The position numbers and the translations under genes are program-made. Positions 29,951-40,655 of a stretch of 64,000 nucleotides of DNA are shown piece after piece. The stretch is from an uncultured delta proteobacterium (GTDB taxonomy: Bacteria > Myxococcota_A > Polyangia > Polyangiales > Polyangiaceae): NCBI GenBank assembly GCA_963696385.1, contig CAVOKF010000005.1, positions 672,001 to 736,000 of the forward strand, read 5' to 3'. Every line of letters begins with the position of its first letter. Positions within the stretch are counted from its first letter, which is position 1. The notes below the pieces were generated by a model. The model saw only the letters and a list, made by a program, of their open reading frames with translations. It had not been told where the DNA came from and made no database searches.

Positions 29951-31057
29951 CTAGGGTAGGGATTGGTTCGAAACTGCCGGAGCCTCGGTGGGAGCGACGA
30001 TCGGCCCCAAGGTCTGATCGATCCTCTGTTTGGATCTCCTCATGCCGGCCTGGTAGTCCGATTCGTTCGCCGTATAGTAGTGCATCGTATGGAGAATGTG
30101 CGCCACCTGGTCTGTGTCTCCAGCGAGAATGGCCGGGAGGTAGTCCGCGTTCTTGCTTGCGTACTTCTGGTGCAACGTGACGTACCGATTCAGGCCGTCG
30201 GATAGAGAGTCGTAGGCGCGGAACCGGGACGCCGCGTGAGGCGGGTCAAAGACGACGATGACCTGAGTGTCCTTGCAACGCCAACCGTGAGCCTTCTTCT
30301 CATCGTCTGTCGCGATACGGGCAAGGTCGCCGGCGGCCGCCACCGCTTTGGCGGCGCCGTCCGGAGTCGTCACCTCCCATACGCCGTGAAGATACATGTG
30401 AGGCTGGTCCGCCGTTGCTTTGACGTTTCCGGCATTGTAGTTGTACATGTATTTGCCAAAGGCCGTCTCCGCACCCCATTGGGACGCCAGCGTTCGCGCC
30501 CCAAGCTCAGTCAGGTCGGGCCAGCTCGCTCTGAGTTGAGTGACGACCTCGGCGATGGATGGCGTCGTTCGTACCGTCGTTCGTTCGTTGGCGTTCGTGG
30601 TGTATTTTTTGCGATCGCCCTGCGCCAATATCGTGGTTTTCGGCGCAGGAGGCGGAGTTCCCGGCGGTGCGGGCGGTCCCGGAGCAATGGGCAGCGGGGG
30701 AGGAGTGGCCGATATCGTGTACGAAGCATTCGGAGAAGCAGAGGAGTCCGCAGGCGAGACGTTCCCCTCGGAAGCGATGTAAACGCCCTGGCAAAATGCC
30801 CCGTGAGAGGTCTGCGGCAATGCAGGCGAGTCCGACGGCAGCGTGACTGACCACGCAAAGGCGACCTCTCCTCGTCTTCCAGAGTAGGTCACCGTGCCTT
30901 CGAGTTTCCCGAGTGTCGGCTCGAGCGAGAGGCTGACGACAGCGCCGGGAGCAAGCGAATCCGGTGGCGGAGTCGTAAAGCCTCCCCATATTAGGCTACT
31001 GCCCGAGAAGGTGATCGCCTCTCCGGTCTGGTTCGAGATCGCGAGAATCCACGGCAT
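29951..31057 (-). CDS. Aegerolysin-like N-terminal domain fused to a GH73/FlgJ-like peptidoglycan hydrolase
   Basis: N: ISNQTG..ITF..SSLIWGGFTTPPPDSLAPG...EGTVTY...FAW; Pro linker; C: SQWGAETAFG, NAGNVK, FRAYDSL, HYYTA...Y. Confidence 0.7.
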   Translation of the reverse strand: MPWILAISNQTGEAITFSGSSLIWGGFTTPPPDSLAPGAVVSLSLEPTLGKLEGTVTYSGRRGEVAFAWSVTLPSDSPALPQTSHGAFCQGVYIASEGNVSPADSSASPNASYTISATPPPLPIAPGPPAPPGTPPPAPKTTILAQGDRKKYTTNANERTTVRTTPSIAEVVTQLRASWPDLTELGARTLASQWGAETAFGKYMYNYNAGNVKATADQPHMYLHGVWEVTTPDGAAKAVAAAGDLARIATDDEKKAHGWRCKDTQVIVVFDPPHAASRFRAYDSLSDGLNRYVTLHQKYASKNADYLPAILAGDTDQVAHILHTMHYYTANESDYQAGMRRSKQRIDQTLGPIVAPTEAPAVSNQSLP

Positions 31058-31446
31058 GGCGCCCGCCGAGACAATAGGGCTCGCCCCCTCATCTGCCAAG
31101 GCGTTTCGACGGCGTTCCTGTGCCTTCGACAGCCGGCGCCTCGCGTCGATCCGAGAGAATCTCGAGGTTGGCTCTCGTCGCCTGGTGCACGTCGCTGAGA
31201 CGCGCGAGCCCACCTCGGCTTCGGTGACCCAACAGCCGACAAACGCCACCGGCTTGGGCGTCGGGCCGCGCTTCATCGTCCATGGCATCGCGCTAGCCGC
31301 TTGCGTGTGGTTCCAACTACCATCAGCTCCTTCGCAGTCGGCAGGCGACCGTCTGCATCTCGAACTCCCACTCGTGAACCTCCGCACTACCGTGTCCGTG
31401 GCATCGAAGGGAGAGGATGGGGCGGTCTACTCGCTCGGCAAGTTGC

Positions 31447-32385
31447 CTACGGGTCGAGCTCCTCCGTCTTGCCGGGGAGCGCCTCGCTCGGTGGCGCGTA
31501 CCTCTCCCATCCCTCTGCGCCCTCGACCAGCCACGCCCAGTCTCGTCGCATCGACTGCACTGCGCGCGCCGAGAGGGCATGCACCTGCGTCGGCGCGATG
31601 TTGAGCCGCGCGTACGCTTTCTCCCGCGCCACATTTCGAGCGGCAGCGCGCATCGAGGGCTCGCAGCCGCTCGTCGTGCAGAGGAAAAGCGCACGCTCGC
31701 CGCCGCCCGCGACCCAGTCGCGCGCGAACCCGAGGGCGGCTCGTGGATCGTGGGCCGAGTCGCCGATCACGATCCGGCGGTAGGTCTGCGGATCGCGACG
31801 CGCGATGAGCGCGACCTGGCTGCCACCCATCGAGAAGCCCGCGAGCACCAAGGATCGCGCGTCCTCGACCCACGTGCCGAAGGTCTTCTTCGTCGCGGCG
31901 AGGGCGCGAGCGATGCGCTGATTCGTGTCGGAAGCGTTCATCCATCCGAGTCGCGATTCGTTCCCGCCCCAGCCGCGCGGGCAGATCACGAAGGGGTATG
32001 CCTCCGTGATGGCGCGCCACGCGGCACAAGCGCGCTCGGGCTTCTCGCTTCCGCCGTGGAGCGCGATCATGATCGGCCGCGGTTCGTGCGCGCCGAGGGG
32101 CACGGAGACGACGCCGACCTTGTCCTTGCCATCGAGCAGCTCGAGCTGCTCGGGAAACCCGCCAAGCGGCGCGCGCTCGCCAGCGTCCCCGGCGGCGCGT
32201 GAATCAGGCCCATCTTGCGCGTCGCTCCCGTCGCTCGCGTTGCTCGCATCGCTGACGACGAGAGGCGGCGGCAACCAATCGCCGTGCGGAATCGCCCGCT
32301 CGGCCGGCGCGTGCGAAGCACAGGCAACCGCGAAGAGCACGAGTCCGATGGCGGCACCGAACTCGATCTGCTCCACGGCGAACAC
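31447..32385 (-). CDS. Alpha/beta hydrolase lipoprotein
   Basis: Lipobox AVAC; IALHGG, LAGFSMGG nucleophile elbow. Confidence 0.8.
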   Translation of the reverse strand: MFAVEQIEFGAAIGLVLFAVACASHAPAERAIPHGDWLPPPLVVSDASNASDGSDAQDGPDSRAAGDAGERAPLGGFPEQLELLDGKDKVGVVSVPLGAHEPRPIMIALHGGSEKPERACAAWRAITEAYPFVICPRGWGGNESRLGWMNASDTNQRIARALAATKKTFGTWVEDARSLVLAGFSMGGSQVALIARRDPQTYRRIVIGDSAHDPRAALGFARDWVAGGGERALFLCTTSGCEPSMRAAARNVAREKAYARLNIAPTQVHALSARAVQSMRRDWAWLVEGAEGWERYAPPSEALPGKTEELDP

Positions 32386-33305
32386 GTCCTACGGCCTCTT
32401 GGGGATCTTCCCTCGGATCCCCAAGAAACTCAAAGTGCATCGGGTTGCGCAACGTTGTGGCTGGAGCCGATCGCAAAACTTCTGCGGCGGATCGGTCGCG
32501 CCAAACGCGATTGGCGCCTGGGTCGAGGGCCCACTCGATGTTTTATCGCCCCGCGGGACGATCCGAGGCGGCCGTAGCCTCGCAAGTCTGGCCGCGACGG
32601 CGAGGTAGTCGGCTCCCGCCAACGTCGGCACGAGAGCGTTACGATGGGACCATCGTCGGCGGGAACTCCCATCGCCTACTCCTCCAGTACGTCGCGGTTT
32701 TCAGCCACCTCCTCGGTCGGCGAAGGGTCGCCGAGTTGCCCGTCGCCGGGTCGAAGCCCATCGGGAATCGCGGCCGACGGCATGATCGCGCCGCGCGTCG
32801 TGGCCTCGATGCCGACAACATCAGCGTCCCGTCACGTCGCGGCAAAGGGCGCCAAGCCTCGGTCCTTCCACGTATGCCAACCCTGCTTGCATATTGAACC
32901 CCCGGCGCAGTTCGCGCCTGTGAGAACCGGTGAGAGCAAGGCGGAGGCCAGTGGTGCAGCCAGTACGTGTTTGCGAGAAGCGCCCAAAATTCACAGTTGG
33001 GACGTGTGCGGTTCGCACGCCCGCGCGTGCACTCGGCGTGCGCTCAGCCTCAGCGCGTCGTTTGGGGAGTGGGGAGCCTGGAACCCCTTGGATCGATTGC
33101 ACACGCGGATTGCTCGGGGGTTCTCACCCGGCGAGTGCGGTTCGCGTCCCTCACATCGAGCCCCTCGTGAGTGCCGACGACGCATCGGTCACGCACCGCG
33201 ATCCGCAGGTGTCTTTTCGGGTACCCGGCAAGGTATCCCAGCTCTTTGCCGGTGCTTCCTGAAAAGTCACGCTCGGGCTAGACACGCACCTTGCGAGGTG
33301 ACTCC

Positions 33306-34124
33306 ATGGGCACAACGGACAAGACCGCACTCGTGACCGGTGCTTCGGCGGGACTCGGCGCCGAGTTCACGAAGCTCTTTGCGGCGAACGGGCACGACGT
33401 CGTGCTCGTTGCGCGGCGACGCGACAAGCTGGAGACGCTGGCGCGCGAGATCGAAAAGCAGCACGGCGTACGCGCGACGGTCCTCGCGGAGGACCTTACC
33501 GTCGCGGGAGCAGCGGAGCGAATCGAGAAGGCGCTCGCCGACCGCGGCATCCCGATCGAGTTTCTCGTCAACAACGCCGGTTTCGCGACCACCGGGCCCT
33601 TCGCCGACGCCGATCTCGGGCGCGAGCTCGCCATGGTGACCGTCAACGTGACAACGCTCGTGCACCTGACGCGGCTGCTGCTGCCGGCCATGATTGCGCG
33701 CAAGAGCGGCCGTATCCTGAACATCGGGTCGACCGCCGGCTTTGTGCCGGGGCCGTTCATGGCGAGCTACTACGCATCGAAGGCTTTCGTGAATTCTTTC
33801 ACGCAAGCGCTTGGCTACGAGCTACGCGGAACGGGGGTGACGGCGACGGCGAGCTGCCCGGGTGCGACGGCCACGGAGTTTGCGGCCGTCGCCGGCACCG
33901 CCCGGTCGCGTCTGTTCCAGGGAGCCGTCATGGGCGCGCCCGAGGTCGCGGCGCACGCGTACCGCGCCATGATGGCTGGACACCCGATGGCCATCCCTGG
34001 AATCAAGAACAAGCTACAGATCGAGTCGCTTCGCCTCGCACCGCGGTCGATGACGATCGCCATGGCCGCGTCGCTCAATCAATCGAGCGACGGCCCCGAG
34101 ATCCCGGCGAACTCGGCGCGGTAG
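33306..34124 (+). CDS. Short-chain dehydrogenase/reductase (DltE-like)
   Basis: TGASAGLG, LVNNAG, YYASK. Confidence 0.95.
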   Translation: MGTTDKTALVTGASAGLGAEFTKLFAANGHDVVLVARRRDKLETLAREIEKQHGVRATVLAEDLTVAGAAERIEKALADRGIPIEFLVNNAGFATTGPFADADLGRELAMVTVNVTTLVHLTRLLLPAMIARKSGRILNIGSTAGFVPGPFMASYYASKAFVNSFTQALGYELRGTGVTATASCPGATATEFAAVAGTARSRLFQGAVMGAPEVAAHAYRAMMAGHPMAIPGIKNKLQIESLRLAPRSMTIAMAASLNQSSDGPEIPANSAR

Positions 34125-34682
34125 CCCGCAAGGAGCTTGGGCGTCGCGACTCGTTTCGCCCTGTATCGCCTGGAAAAAAAGCACGGTATTGGCGGTGAGC
34201 CGTCGCAATAGCGAGTCCTTCTTTTTCAGAAGCGAGCTCTGCTCGGCGGGGCAAGGTTCGGGCCGTCCCGCCCAGTAAGCGCAACGCGCTGCAGGCCGGC
34301 CGTTAGCGGGCGCCGTTCAAGCGTGCCTCTGTCGGAATTCCGACGAGACCTGGCGGGCGAGCCGTAGCGGCTGGAACCATCGTTCAGATTGAGCGTCGGC
34401 ACACCCGGCGCATCCTCAACCATTCCGATCCAACGACCACGACGGCGGGCCACCGGTGGAGACGGGTGCCCCGCCGTAAATAGACGGTGACGCCGAGCCA
34501 GTGGACCGCCTCCCACTGCCCGCCGCGGGCCTCGCGCGCGTGCGTCCCTCGCCTCTTGCCGAGCTCGGTCCGCCGCCGCAGAGGCCCACATTGGTCCGTT
34601 GCACGCTGACGACGTGAGTGGGAGACTGCGACCGGATGCAGCGCCGGAAGCACGACGGCCCCGAAGCACAAGAAGTAAGGCA

Positions 34683-34990
34683 ATGAGCGCGACCCTTCCG
34701 AGCGTGTGCCTGGCCAGACACGGCGAAACCGCCTGGACGACTGCGGGCCAGCACACGGGACGTACCGACTTGCCGCTCACAAAGCGTCTGCTGCCGGTCG
34801 ACGGCGGACGCTGCGAGGAAGTACTCGCGCAGTTCGGCAAGGCTGGCGTGGACCTCGATGCTCTCGCTGCCCAGCTTCAGGACAGGGCGCCGCGGCTTTT
34901 GCCACGTCGTGGAGCGACCTCATGGCGGTCATCGCGTCCAAAAGCGCCAGGTTGGCGGGCAGCGCATCCGCGACGGCTCGCTTGGACTGA
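34683..34990 (+). pseudogene. Fusion of a histidine phosphatase (PGM family) N-terminus to a transaldolase C-terminus
   Basis: LARHGETAW...GQHTGRTDLPLT joined at about 34781 to EEVLAQFGKAGVDLDALAAQLQD / AAAFATSWSDLMAVIASKS. Confidence 0.8.
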
Positions 34991-35044
34991 AACGCGTGAT
35001 AGCGACCGTCGCGAGCCAACTCGCATCGACAAAAGGGCAGGAGC

Positions 35045-36700
35045 ATGGCAGCAGAGCTACCGTTGAGAGTACGACCCGCGACGACTGTGCCGGCGTGGAA
35101 GGCACTTGCCGAGCATCACAAGGCGGTTTCGAACCTGCATTTGCGCGAACTGTTTGCGGCTGATCCCAAGCGAGGCGAGCGGTTTGCGGTCCAGGCGGAA
35201 GGTCTTTACCTCGATTACTCGAAAAACCGAGTCACCGACGACACCATGAGACTGCTTCTTCGGCTCGCCGAAGAATCGGGCTTGCGAGCGCGTATCGACG
35301 CCATGTTTCGCGGCGAAAAGATCAACGTCACGGAGAGGCGGCCGGTCTTGCACGTGGCCCTGCGCGCGCCGAGGGACGCCTCGATTCTCGTCGATGGCAA
35401 GAACGTGGTGCCCCAAGTCCACTCCGTGCTCGACAAGATGGCGGAGGTCTCGGAGAGATTGCGCAGTGGCGCGTGGAAAGGTCACACGGGCAAGCGCATT
35501 CTCAACATCGTCAATATTGGCATCGGCGGCTCCGACCTCGGGCCGGTCATGGCATACGAGGCACTCAAGCACTACTCTGACCGCGGCATGACCTTTCGGT
35601 TCGTCTCGAACGTCGACGGCACCGACTTCGCCGAGGCGGTGGCGGATCTGCGCCCGCCGGAAACGCTTTTCATCGTGTGTTCGAAGACATTCACGACGCT
35701 CGAGACCATGACCAATGCCCACACGGCGCGGGCTTGGTCACTCGCCGGCCTAGGGGGCGACGAAGGTTCGGTCGCGAAGCACTTCGTCGCGGTGTCGACG
35801 AATGCCGAGGCGGTCGCAAAGTTCGGCATCGCGGCCGACAATATGTTCGAATTCTGGGATTGGGTCGGGGGTCGCTACTCGATGGACTCGGCCATCGGCT
35901 TTTCGACGATGGTCGCAATCGGTGCGCGCAACTTTCGCTCGATGCTCGACGGCTTTCACCGGCTGGATGAGCATTTCCGGACGGCCCCGTTCGAAAGCAA
36001 CCTGCCTGTGCTTATGGGCTTACTGGCGGTCTGGTACAACGACTTTTTCGGGGCGCAGACCGCCGCCGTTCTGCCGTACGAGCAGTACCTGAAGAGGTTT
36101 CCGGCGTATCTGCAGCAGTTGACCATGGAGAGCAACGGAAAACACGTCACTCTCGATGGCGAACAAGTCAGCTGGGATACCGGCCCGATCTACTGGGGCG
36201 AGCCGGGAACGAACGGACAGCACTCGTTCTATCAGTTGATCCACCAGGGCACGCGGCTCATTCCATGTGACTTCATCGCGTTTGCTGAGCCGCTGAATCG
36301 GGTAGGAAGGCATCACGACCTGCTGCTGGCCAATGTGTTCGCTCAAGCCGAAGCGCTCGCGTTCGGTAAGACGTCCGAGCAGGTGAAGGCGGAGGGCACC
36401 GCGGACTGGCTTGTGCCGCATCGTGTTTTCGAGGGAAACCGTCCGTCCAACACGATCCTCGCCGAACGCCTTACGCCCCAAATGCTCGGCACGCTCGTGG
36501 CGCTGTACGAGCACTCGGTCTTCACGCAGGGCGTCGTCTGGAACATCGACTCGTTCGATCAGTGGGGGGTCGAGCTCGGCAAGGTGCTGGCACAACGCAT
36601 CATCGCGGAAGTCGAAGACGAGCATGCTCCCCCTCTCGAGCACGATAGCTCTACCAATACTTTGATTCGCCGTTACCGCAGTCTCAGGCGATCGTCATGA
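35045..36700 (+). CDS. pgi: Glucose-6-phosphate isomerase
   Basis: [53 protein letters not shown]. Confidence 0.98.
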   Translation: MAAELPLRVRPATTVPAWKALAEHHKAVSNLHLRELFAADPKRGERFAVQAEGLYLDYSKNRVTDDTMRLLLRLAEESGLRARIDAMFRGEKINVTERRPVLHVALRAPRDASILVDGKNVVPQVHSVLDKMAEVSERLRSGAWKGHTGKRILNIVNIGIGGSDLGPVMAYEALKHYSDRGMTFRFVSNVDGTDFAEAVADLRPPETLFIVCSKTFTTLETMTNAHTARAWSLAGLGGDEGSVAKHFVAVSTNAEAVAKFGIAADNMFEFWDWVGGRYSMDSAIGFSTMVAIGARNFRSMLDGFHRLDEHFRTAPFESNLPVLMGLLAVWYNDFFGAQTAAVLPYEQYLKRFPAYLQQLTMESNGKHVTLDGEQVSWDTGPIYWGEPGTNGQHSFYQLIHQGTRLIPCDFIAFAEPLNRVGRHHDLLLANVFAQAEALAFGKTSEQVKAEGTADWLVPHRVFEGNRPSNTILAERLTPQMLGTLVALYEHSVFTQGVVWNIDSFDQWGVELGKVLAQRIIAEVEDEHAPPLEHDSSTNTLIRRYRSLRRSS

Positions 36701-36712
36701 TGGGGCGATGGG

Positions 36713-36927
36713 CTGCAATTGGGGATGCTTGGCCTCGGCCGCATGGGCAGCAACATCGTTCGTCGACTTCTCGAACCTGACCATCCCTGCGTGGTGTTCG
36801 ACGTGTCCCCGCAAGCCGTGAAGGAGCTCTCCGACGAAGGCGCCGTGGGAGCCTCGTCGCTGGCCGACTTCACATCGCGGCTCGCGACGCCGCGGGCGTG
36901 TGGCTGATGGTTCCGGCGGCGGTCGTG
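36713..36927 (+). pseudogene. gnd: 6-phosphogluconate dehydrogenase N-terminal fragment
   Basis: QLGMLGLGRMGSNIVRRL...LATPRA / VWLMVPAAVV, then breaks. Confidence 0.85.
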
Positions 36928-36954
36928 CGGTTCCCCCGATCGTCTCGGCGTTGG

Positions 36955-37074
36955 GTGTTTTTCGGAGCGACGGGCGATCTGGTCTATAAGAAGGTCTTTC
37001 CTGTACTCCAAGCGATGGTGAAGCGCGGCCACCTGGCCGTTCCGCTCGTCGGCGTGGCCAGGTCCAGATGGACA
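36955..37074 (+). pseudogene. zwf: Glucose-6-phosphate dehydrogenase N-terminal fragment
   Basis: VFFGATGDLVYKKVFPVLQAMVKRGHLAVPLVGVARS.W. Confidence 0.85.
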
Positions 37075-37157
37075 GGCGGCGCCGCACCAGGTGCCGACTG
37101 GCGCCTTTCGTTGAGAAGGTCATCAGCTCGGCATCGCCGCATACCGTGCCGATCGAC

Positions 37158-38285
37158 TTACGGGCTGAGGGGCAGAGCGACCGGCAAGACGCACGTGTTG
37201 CCCACGCATGAAGGCGCTATTTCGATAGGGCAAGAACACTCGCCAAACGTGATTCCGCTCGTGGCCTCTTCGTAGCGAGCCTGCTCGGCGGCATTCACGG
37301 GAGAACCGCCGCAGGCGCACTCCGAGCTGCAAACCTGTCCTGTAAGGATGACGATGCAGTCGGTCGCGACGACACACGATTGATCGTAGGTCGACAGATC
37401 GATGTCGACGCACAGGCCCCCGTCTGTCGCAGGGGGCGTGGTGGCCGCGTCGGCGCAACCCGCTGGCTGAGTGCTTCCAGCCGCGCAAAGCGTGCACTGA
37501 CCGGCTAGACAGCGGGCTTCTCCCTCGAAGGCGCAAGGGCAGCTCTCCAACTTCAAAGGCGCCGTATCGGACGCGAAGCGCGCGGACGCGCCCGTGTTAA
37601 CGGGCGTATCGCCGCATGAGCACTGGCCTATGCAGACTGCGCCCGATCGGACGAGCGCACAATCTTGATCGCTGCCGCAGGTGAGGTCCGAGGGGGCCGG
37701 TTCGAAATCGATGCACCGCGATCCCCCGTCGGTCGTCCCCGCGTCGACACCTGAATCGGCGGTTTTGACTTCCGAGTCCCGGTCGCCTGCTTCCTCGACG
37801 CCGCCGTCCTCGGCTCCGCCATCCTTGGCCAATGGGGTACCGGAGTCGGAGCAACCCGCCGGCTGATTCGTGATGTCCAGCCCGCAAAGCGTGCACTGAC
37901 CGGCTAGACAACGCGCTTCTCCGTCGATGGTGCAAGGGCACCTCTCCAAGTTCAAGGTCGCCGTATCGGACGCGAAGCGTGCGGCCGCGCCCGCGTTGAC
38001 GGGCGTATCGCCGCAGGCGCATCCGCCTTGGCAGACTTCCCCCGTGCGCACGACAGTGCAATCCTGGTCTTGTTCACAAACCAAGTCGGCCGCGGTGGCT
38101 TCGAAATCGACGCATGCGGAACCGCTGTCGGTCGTGCCCGCCTCGGCGCCCGAATCGGCGGATTTGGGTCCCGAGTCATTGCCGGAGGGCGATGCTGCGC
38201 TGAATGCATTGCCCCCACATCCTGCGCCAAGCCACGTCACGAAAAGGATGGGAGCGACGCGGCGAAGAGTGGCGGAGAGGGGCAT
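37158..38285 (-). CDS. Cys-rich repeat lipoprotein (three copies of a CxxDxDC...VCxxxCxCGxxPVN module)
   Basis: Lipobox GAGC; three internal repeats, also recognisable at DNA level. Confidence 0.8.
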   Translation of the reverse strand: MPLSATLRRVAPILFVTWLGAGCGGNAFSAASPSGNDSGPKSADSGAEAGTTDSGSACVDFEATAADLVCEQDQDCTVVRTGEVCQGGCACGDTPVNAGAAARFASDTATLNLERCPCTIDGEARCLAGQCTLCGLDITNQPAGCSDSGTPLAKDGGAEDGGVEEAGDRDSEVKTADSGVDAGTTDGGSRCIDFEPAPSDLTCGSDQDCALVRSGAVCIGQCSCGDTPVNTGASARFASDTAPLKLESCPCAFEGEARCLAGQCTLCAAGSTQPAGCADAATTPPATDGGLCVDIDLSTYDQSCVVATDCIVILTGQVCSSECACGGSPVNAAEQARYEEATSGITFGECSCPIEIAPSCVGNTCVLPVALPLSP

Positions 38286-38299
38286 GGCTCGTGAACGGG

Positions 38300-38315
38300 A
38301 GCAAGATCAGCGCCA
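38300..38315 (-). promoter_or_regulatory. Sigma54 -24/-12 promoter candidate
   Basis: TGGCGCTGATCTTGCT (GG-N10-GC), 14 bp before ATG 38285. Confidence 0.6.
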
Positions 38316-38462
38316 CAACGTGGAGCGTTGGGAAAGGGCCTTTGAATCGTGGGTCCCCCCGCCGATGGCACAGTCGAAATGGCGCAACATAGGCGCGGCT
38401 GTCGCGGGACTCGCCCCCGTTGTTCCGTTCCAAGTGTCATGTCGAGTGCGACGGTTTCCCAC

Positions 38463-39848
38463 TCAGCGAACGTCGCCGATTCGGGCGGGCAGTCGCACCG
38501 CGCATCCCAGCGCGAGAAGCTGGATCGACATGAGCGACAAGAACGGGGTCAAGAACGCGCTTCCGCCGACCCCGTGCGCCGTCGCGGTGGTCACGGCGAG
38601 CGCGACGACAATCGTCGCCATCGGCCCGCCCAGCCGCTGGACGATATTCACCGCGGTCGTCGCCAGGCTCAGCTTTTCCTTCGGGACCGACGCGTAGGCC
38701 GCCGAGACAGTCGGGATCCCAATCGCGCCCTGCCCCGCGCTTCGTAGGAGCAGGCCGATCTCGACACCCGCCGTCGTGAGCCCGCGCTGCGTCATCCAGA
38801 CGAAGGGCAGCGTGCCGAGGAGCGTCAGTAAGACTCCGGCTCCGACGACCGCGCGGCACCCGAAGCGGTCCGTGACCGTGCCCATCAGCGGGTAGACGAA
38901 TATCATCGCGACGGCAGGAGGGGCGAGCAGCCAACCCACGCGCTGCGGCGACAGTCCCGTTCCTGCGATGAGGTACAGGGGAACCAGGAACTGGTTTGCG
39001 TAGAGCATGCCGTTCGAGAGGAACTGGGTGACAGCGGCGTTCGCGAACAGGCCGTTTTCGAAGAGCTGCAGATCGATGAGCGCCGACGACCGCGCTCGGC
39101 GCGCATGCACGATGAAGCCTACGAGAAGCGTCGCTCCGGCGACGAGGGGGCCGAAGCCACGGCCGCGCGCCGCCTGCTCGAGGCCGTAGAGGAGCGCGAC
39201 GAGGCCGGGGGAGAGGAGTAGAAACCCGAGGAGGTCGAAGGGCCGACGGTCCCGGGGGGGTTCGTCGCCCGGCAAGAACCACGCGGCGGCGGCCACCGCG
39301 AAGACCCCAATCGGCAGGTTCACGTAGAAGATCCAGGGCCAAGAGGCGTGCTTGAGGATCGCGCCCGCGAGGACGGGGCCCAGAATCGGCGCGATGAGGA
39401 CGGGCACGACGGCGTACCCGAACACGCGCGCCATCTGCTTGCCGGCCACGCGCGCCATCATGAGCTGAGTCAGCGGGGCGAGGAGACCCCCGGCCATCCC
39501 TTGAAGGACGCGCGCGCCGATCAGCGCGGGCATCGAGCGTGCCGCGCCACAGCCCATCGACGCCACCGTGAAGAGGGTGAAGCAGCCTAGGTAGAGCCGC
39601 TTGGCGCCGACATGCTCGACGAGCCACCCGTTGAGCGGGAGCATCAACGCGAGCGCGAGCAGGTACCCGCTCACGATCCACTGTGCGCGCTCGGTCGAGG
39701 AGTGAAGGTCGTCGCGAATGGCCGACAGCGATACGTTGACGACCGTCGAGTCGATTTGCGACATGAACGGGCCGAGGAGGACGACCGCGACCACACGCAG
39801 GACGGCCGGGTCGAGTTTCGCGTCACGGTCGGTGGCGTCAATCGTCAA
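38463..39848 (-). CDS. DHA2 family MFS efflux transporter
   Basis: QIDSTVVNVSL, WIVSGYLLA, ARVLQGMAGG, GPVLAG, WIFYVNLPIG. Confidence 0.93.
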   Translation of the reverse strand: MTIDATDRDAKLDPAVLRVVAVVLLGPFMSQIDSTVVNVSLSAIRDDLHSSTERAQWIVSGYLLALALMLPLNGWLVEHVGAKRLYLGCFTLFTVASMGCGAARSMPALIGARVLQGMAGGLLAPLTQLMMARVAGKQMARVFGYAVVPVLIAPILGPVLAGAILKHASWPWIFYVNLPIGVFAVAAAAWFLPGDEPPRDRRPFDLLGFLLLSPGLVALLYGLEQAARGRGFGPLVAGATLLVGFIVHARRARSSALIDLQLFENGLFANAAVTQFLSNGMLYANQFLVPLYLIAGTGLSPQRVGWLLAPPAVAMIFVYPLMGTVTDRFGCRAVVGAGVLLTLLGTLPFVWMTQRGLTTAGVEIGLLLRSAGQGAIGIPTVSAAYASVPKEKLSLATTAVNIVQRLGGPMATIVVALAVTTATAHGVGGSAFLTPFLSLMSIQLLALGCAVRLPARIGDVR

Positions 39849-39893
39849 CAGGCGCGGTGCTCGACCGCGGGGTCAGCGACGTGGTGCGCCTCG

Positions 39894-40655
39894 TCAGGCA
39901 TGCAACGTCTCACGGTACAGCTTGTCGAGGGCGCCGTAGTGTCGCTCTGCGGCGCCGCGATCGTAGACCTCGGCGTCGTCGACCGCGTATCCGTGCTTGG
40001 CTTCGTAGTGCTCGATCTCGTAGCGGACGTGCCCTGCGTCGAGTTCGGCACGCAGCTTGGCTTCGGCCTCCGGCGGCAAGTCGCCGATCGCGGGGCCCAG
40101 ATAGAGCCGCGACTGGATGGCCTTCGCTCGCGCATGCGGACTGTCCGGTTGATCCGTCACGAGCCCCCCGGGGTGGAACGCCGCGGTCGCCGCGATCCGA
40201 TCGCCGAAGATCGTCGCCGCGCGCACGCTCGCATTTCCGCCCATGCAGTAGCCGGTCGTGCCGACCGGGCCCCGGACGTCGGGACGCACCGCGATGTGCT
40301 CGAGCACGGCGCCGATGGTCTTCTCGAGGTTCTCGTAGGCGAGCGCCGGCAGGTAGTAGTCGGCCATGAACCTTGCGCGAAGCTCGGCATCCCGAAAGAC
40401 CTTCACGAGTGCCGCGAGCGTCACCGGGCCGCCGAGCAGATCCGATATCGGTGGCGAACGGTGGAACAGATCCGGTTGGAGCACCACGTACCCCCCGTCG
40501 GCGATTCGTTCGGCGATGCGCGTCTGCGCGGGGCGCAGGCCGCCCCCGTCGAAAAACACGATGACGCCGGGCCACGGGCCGCTGCCTTTTGGAATCACGA
40601 CCTCCGTGGTGCACAGTCCGTCGGGCGTCTTTACCTGGATCTTGCTTGTGGTCAT
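39894..40655 (-). CDS. Dienelactone hydrolase family protein
   Basis: GYVVLQPDLF, GYCMGG, AAFHPG, AKHGYAV. Confidence 0.92.
   Translation of the reverse strand: MTTSKIQVKTPDGLCTTEVVIPKGSGPWPGVIVFFDGGGLRPAQTRIAERIADGGYVVLQPDLFHRSPPISDLLGGPVTLAALVKVFRDAELRARFMADYYLPALAYENLEKTIGAVLEHIAVRPDVRGPVGTTGYCMGGNASVRAATIFGDRIAATAAFHPGGLVTDQPDSPHARAKAIQSRLYLGPAIGDLPPEAEAKLRAELDAGHVRYEIEHYEAKHGYAVDDAEVYDRGAAERHYGALDKLYRETLHA

Noticed and set aside
32430..33280. Several short ORFs
   Set aside because: No recognisable motif or consistent coding frame.
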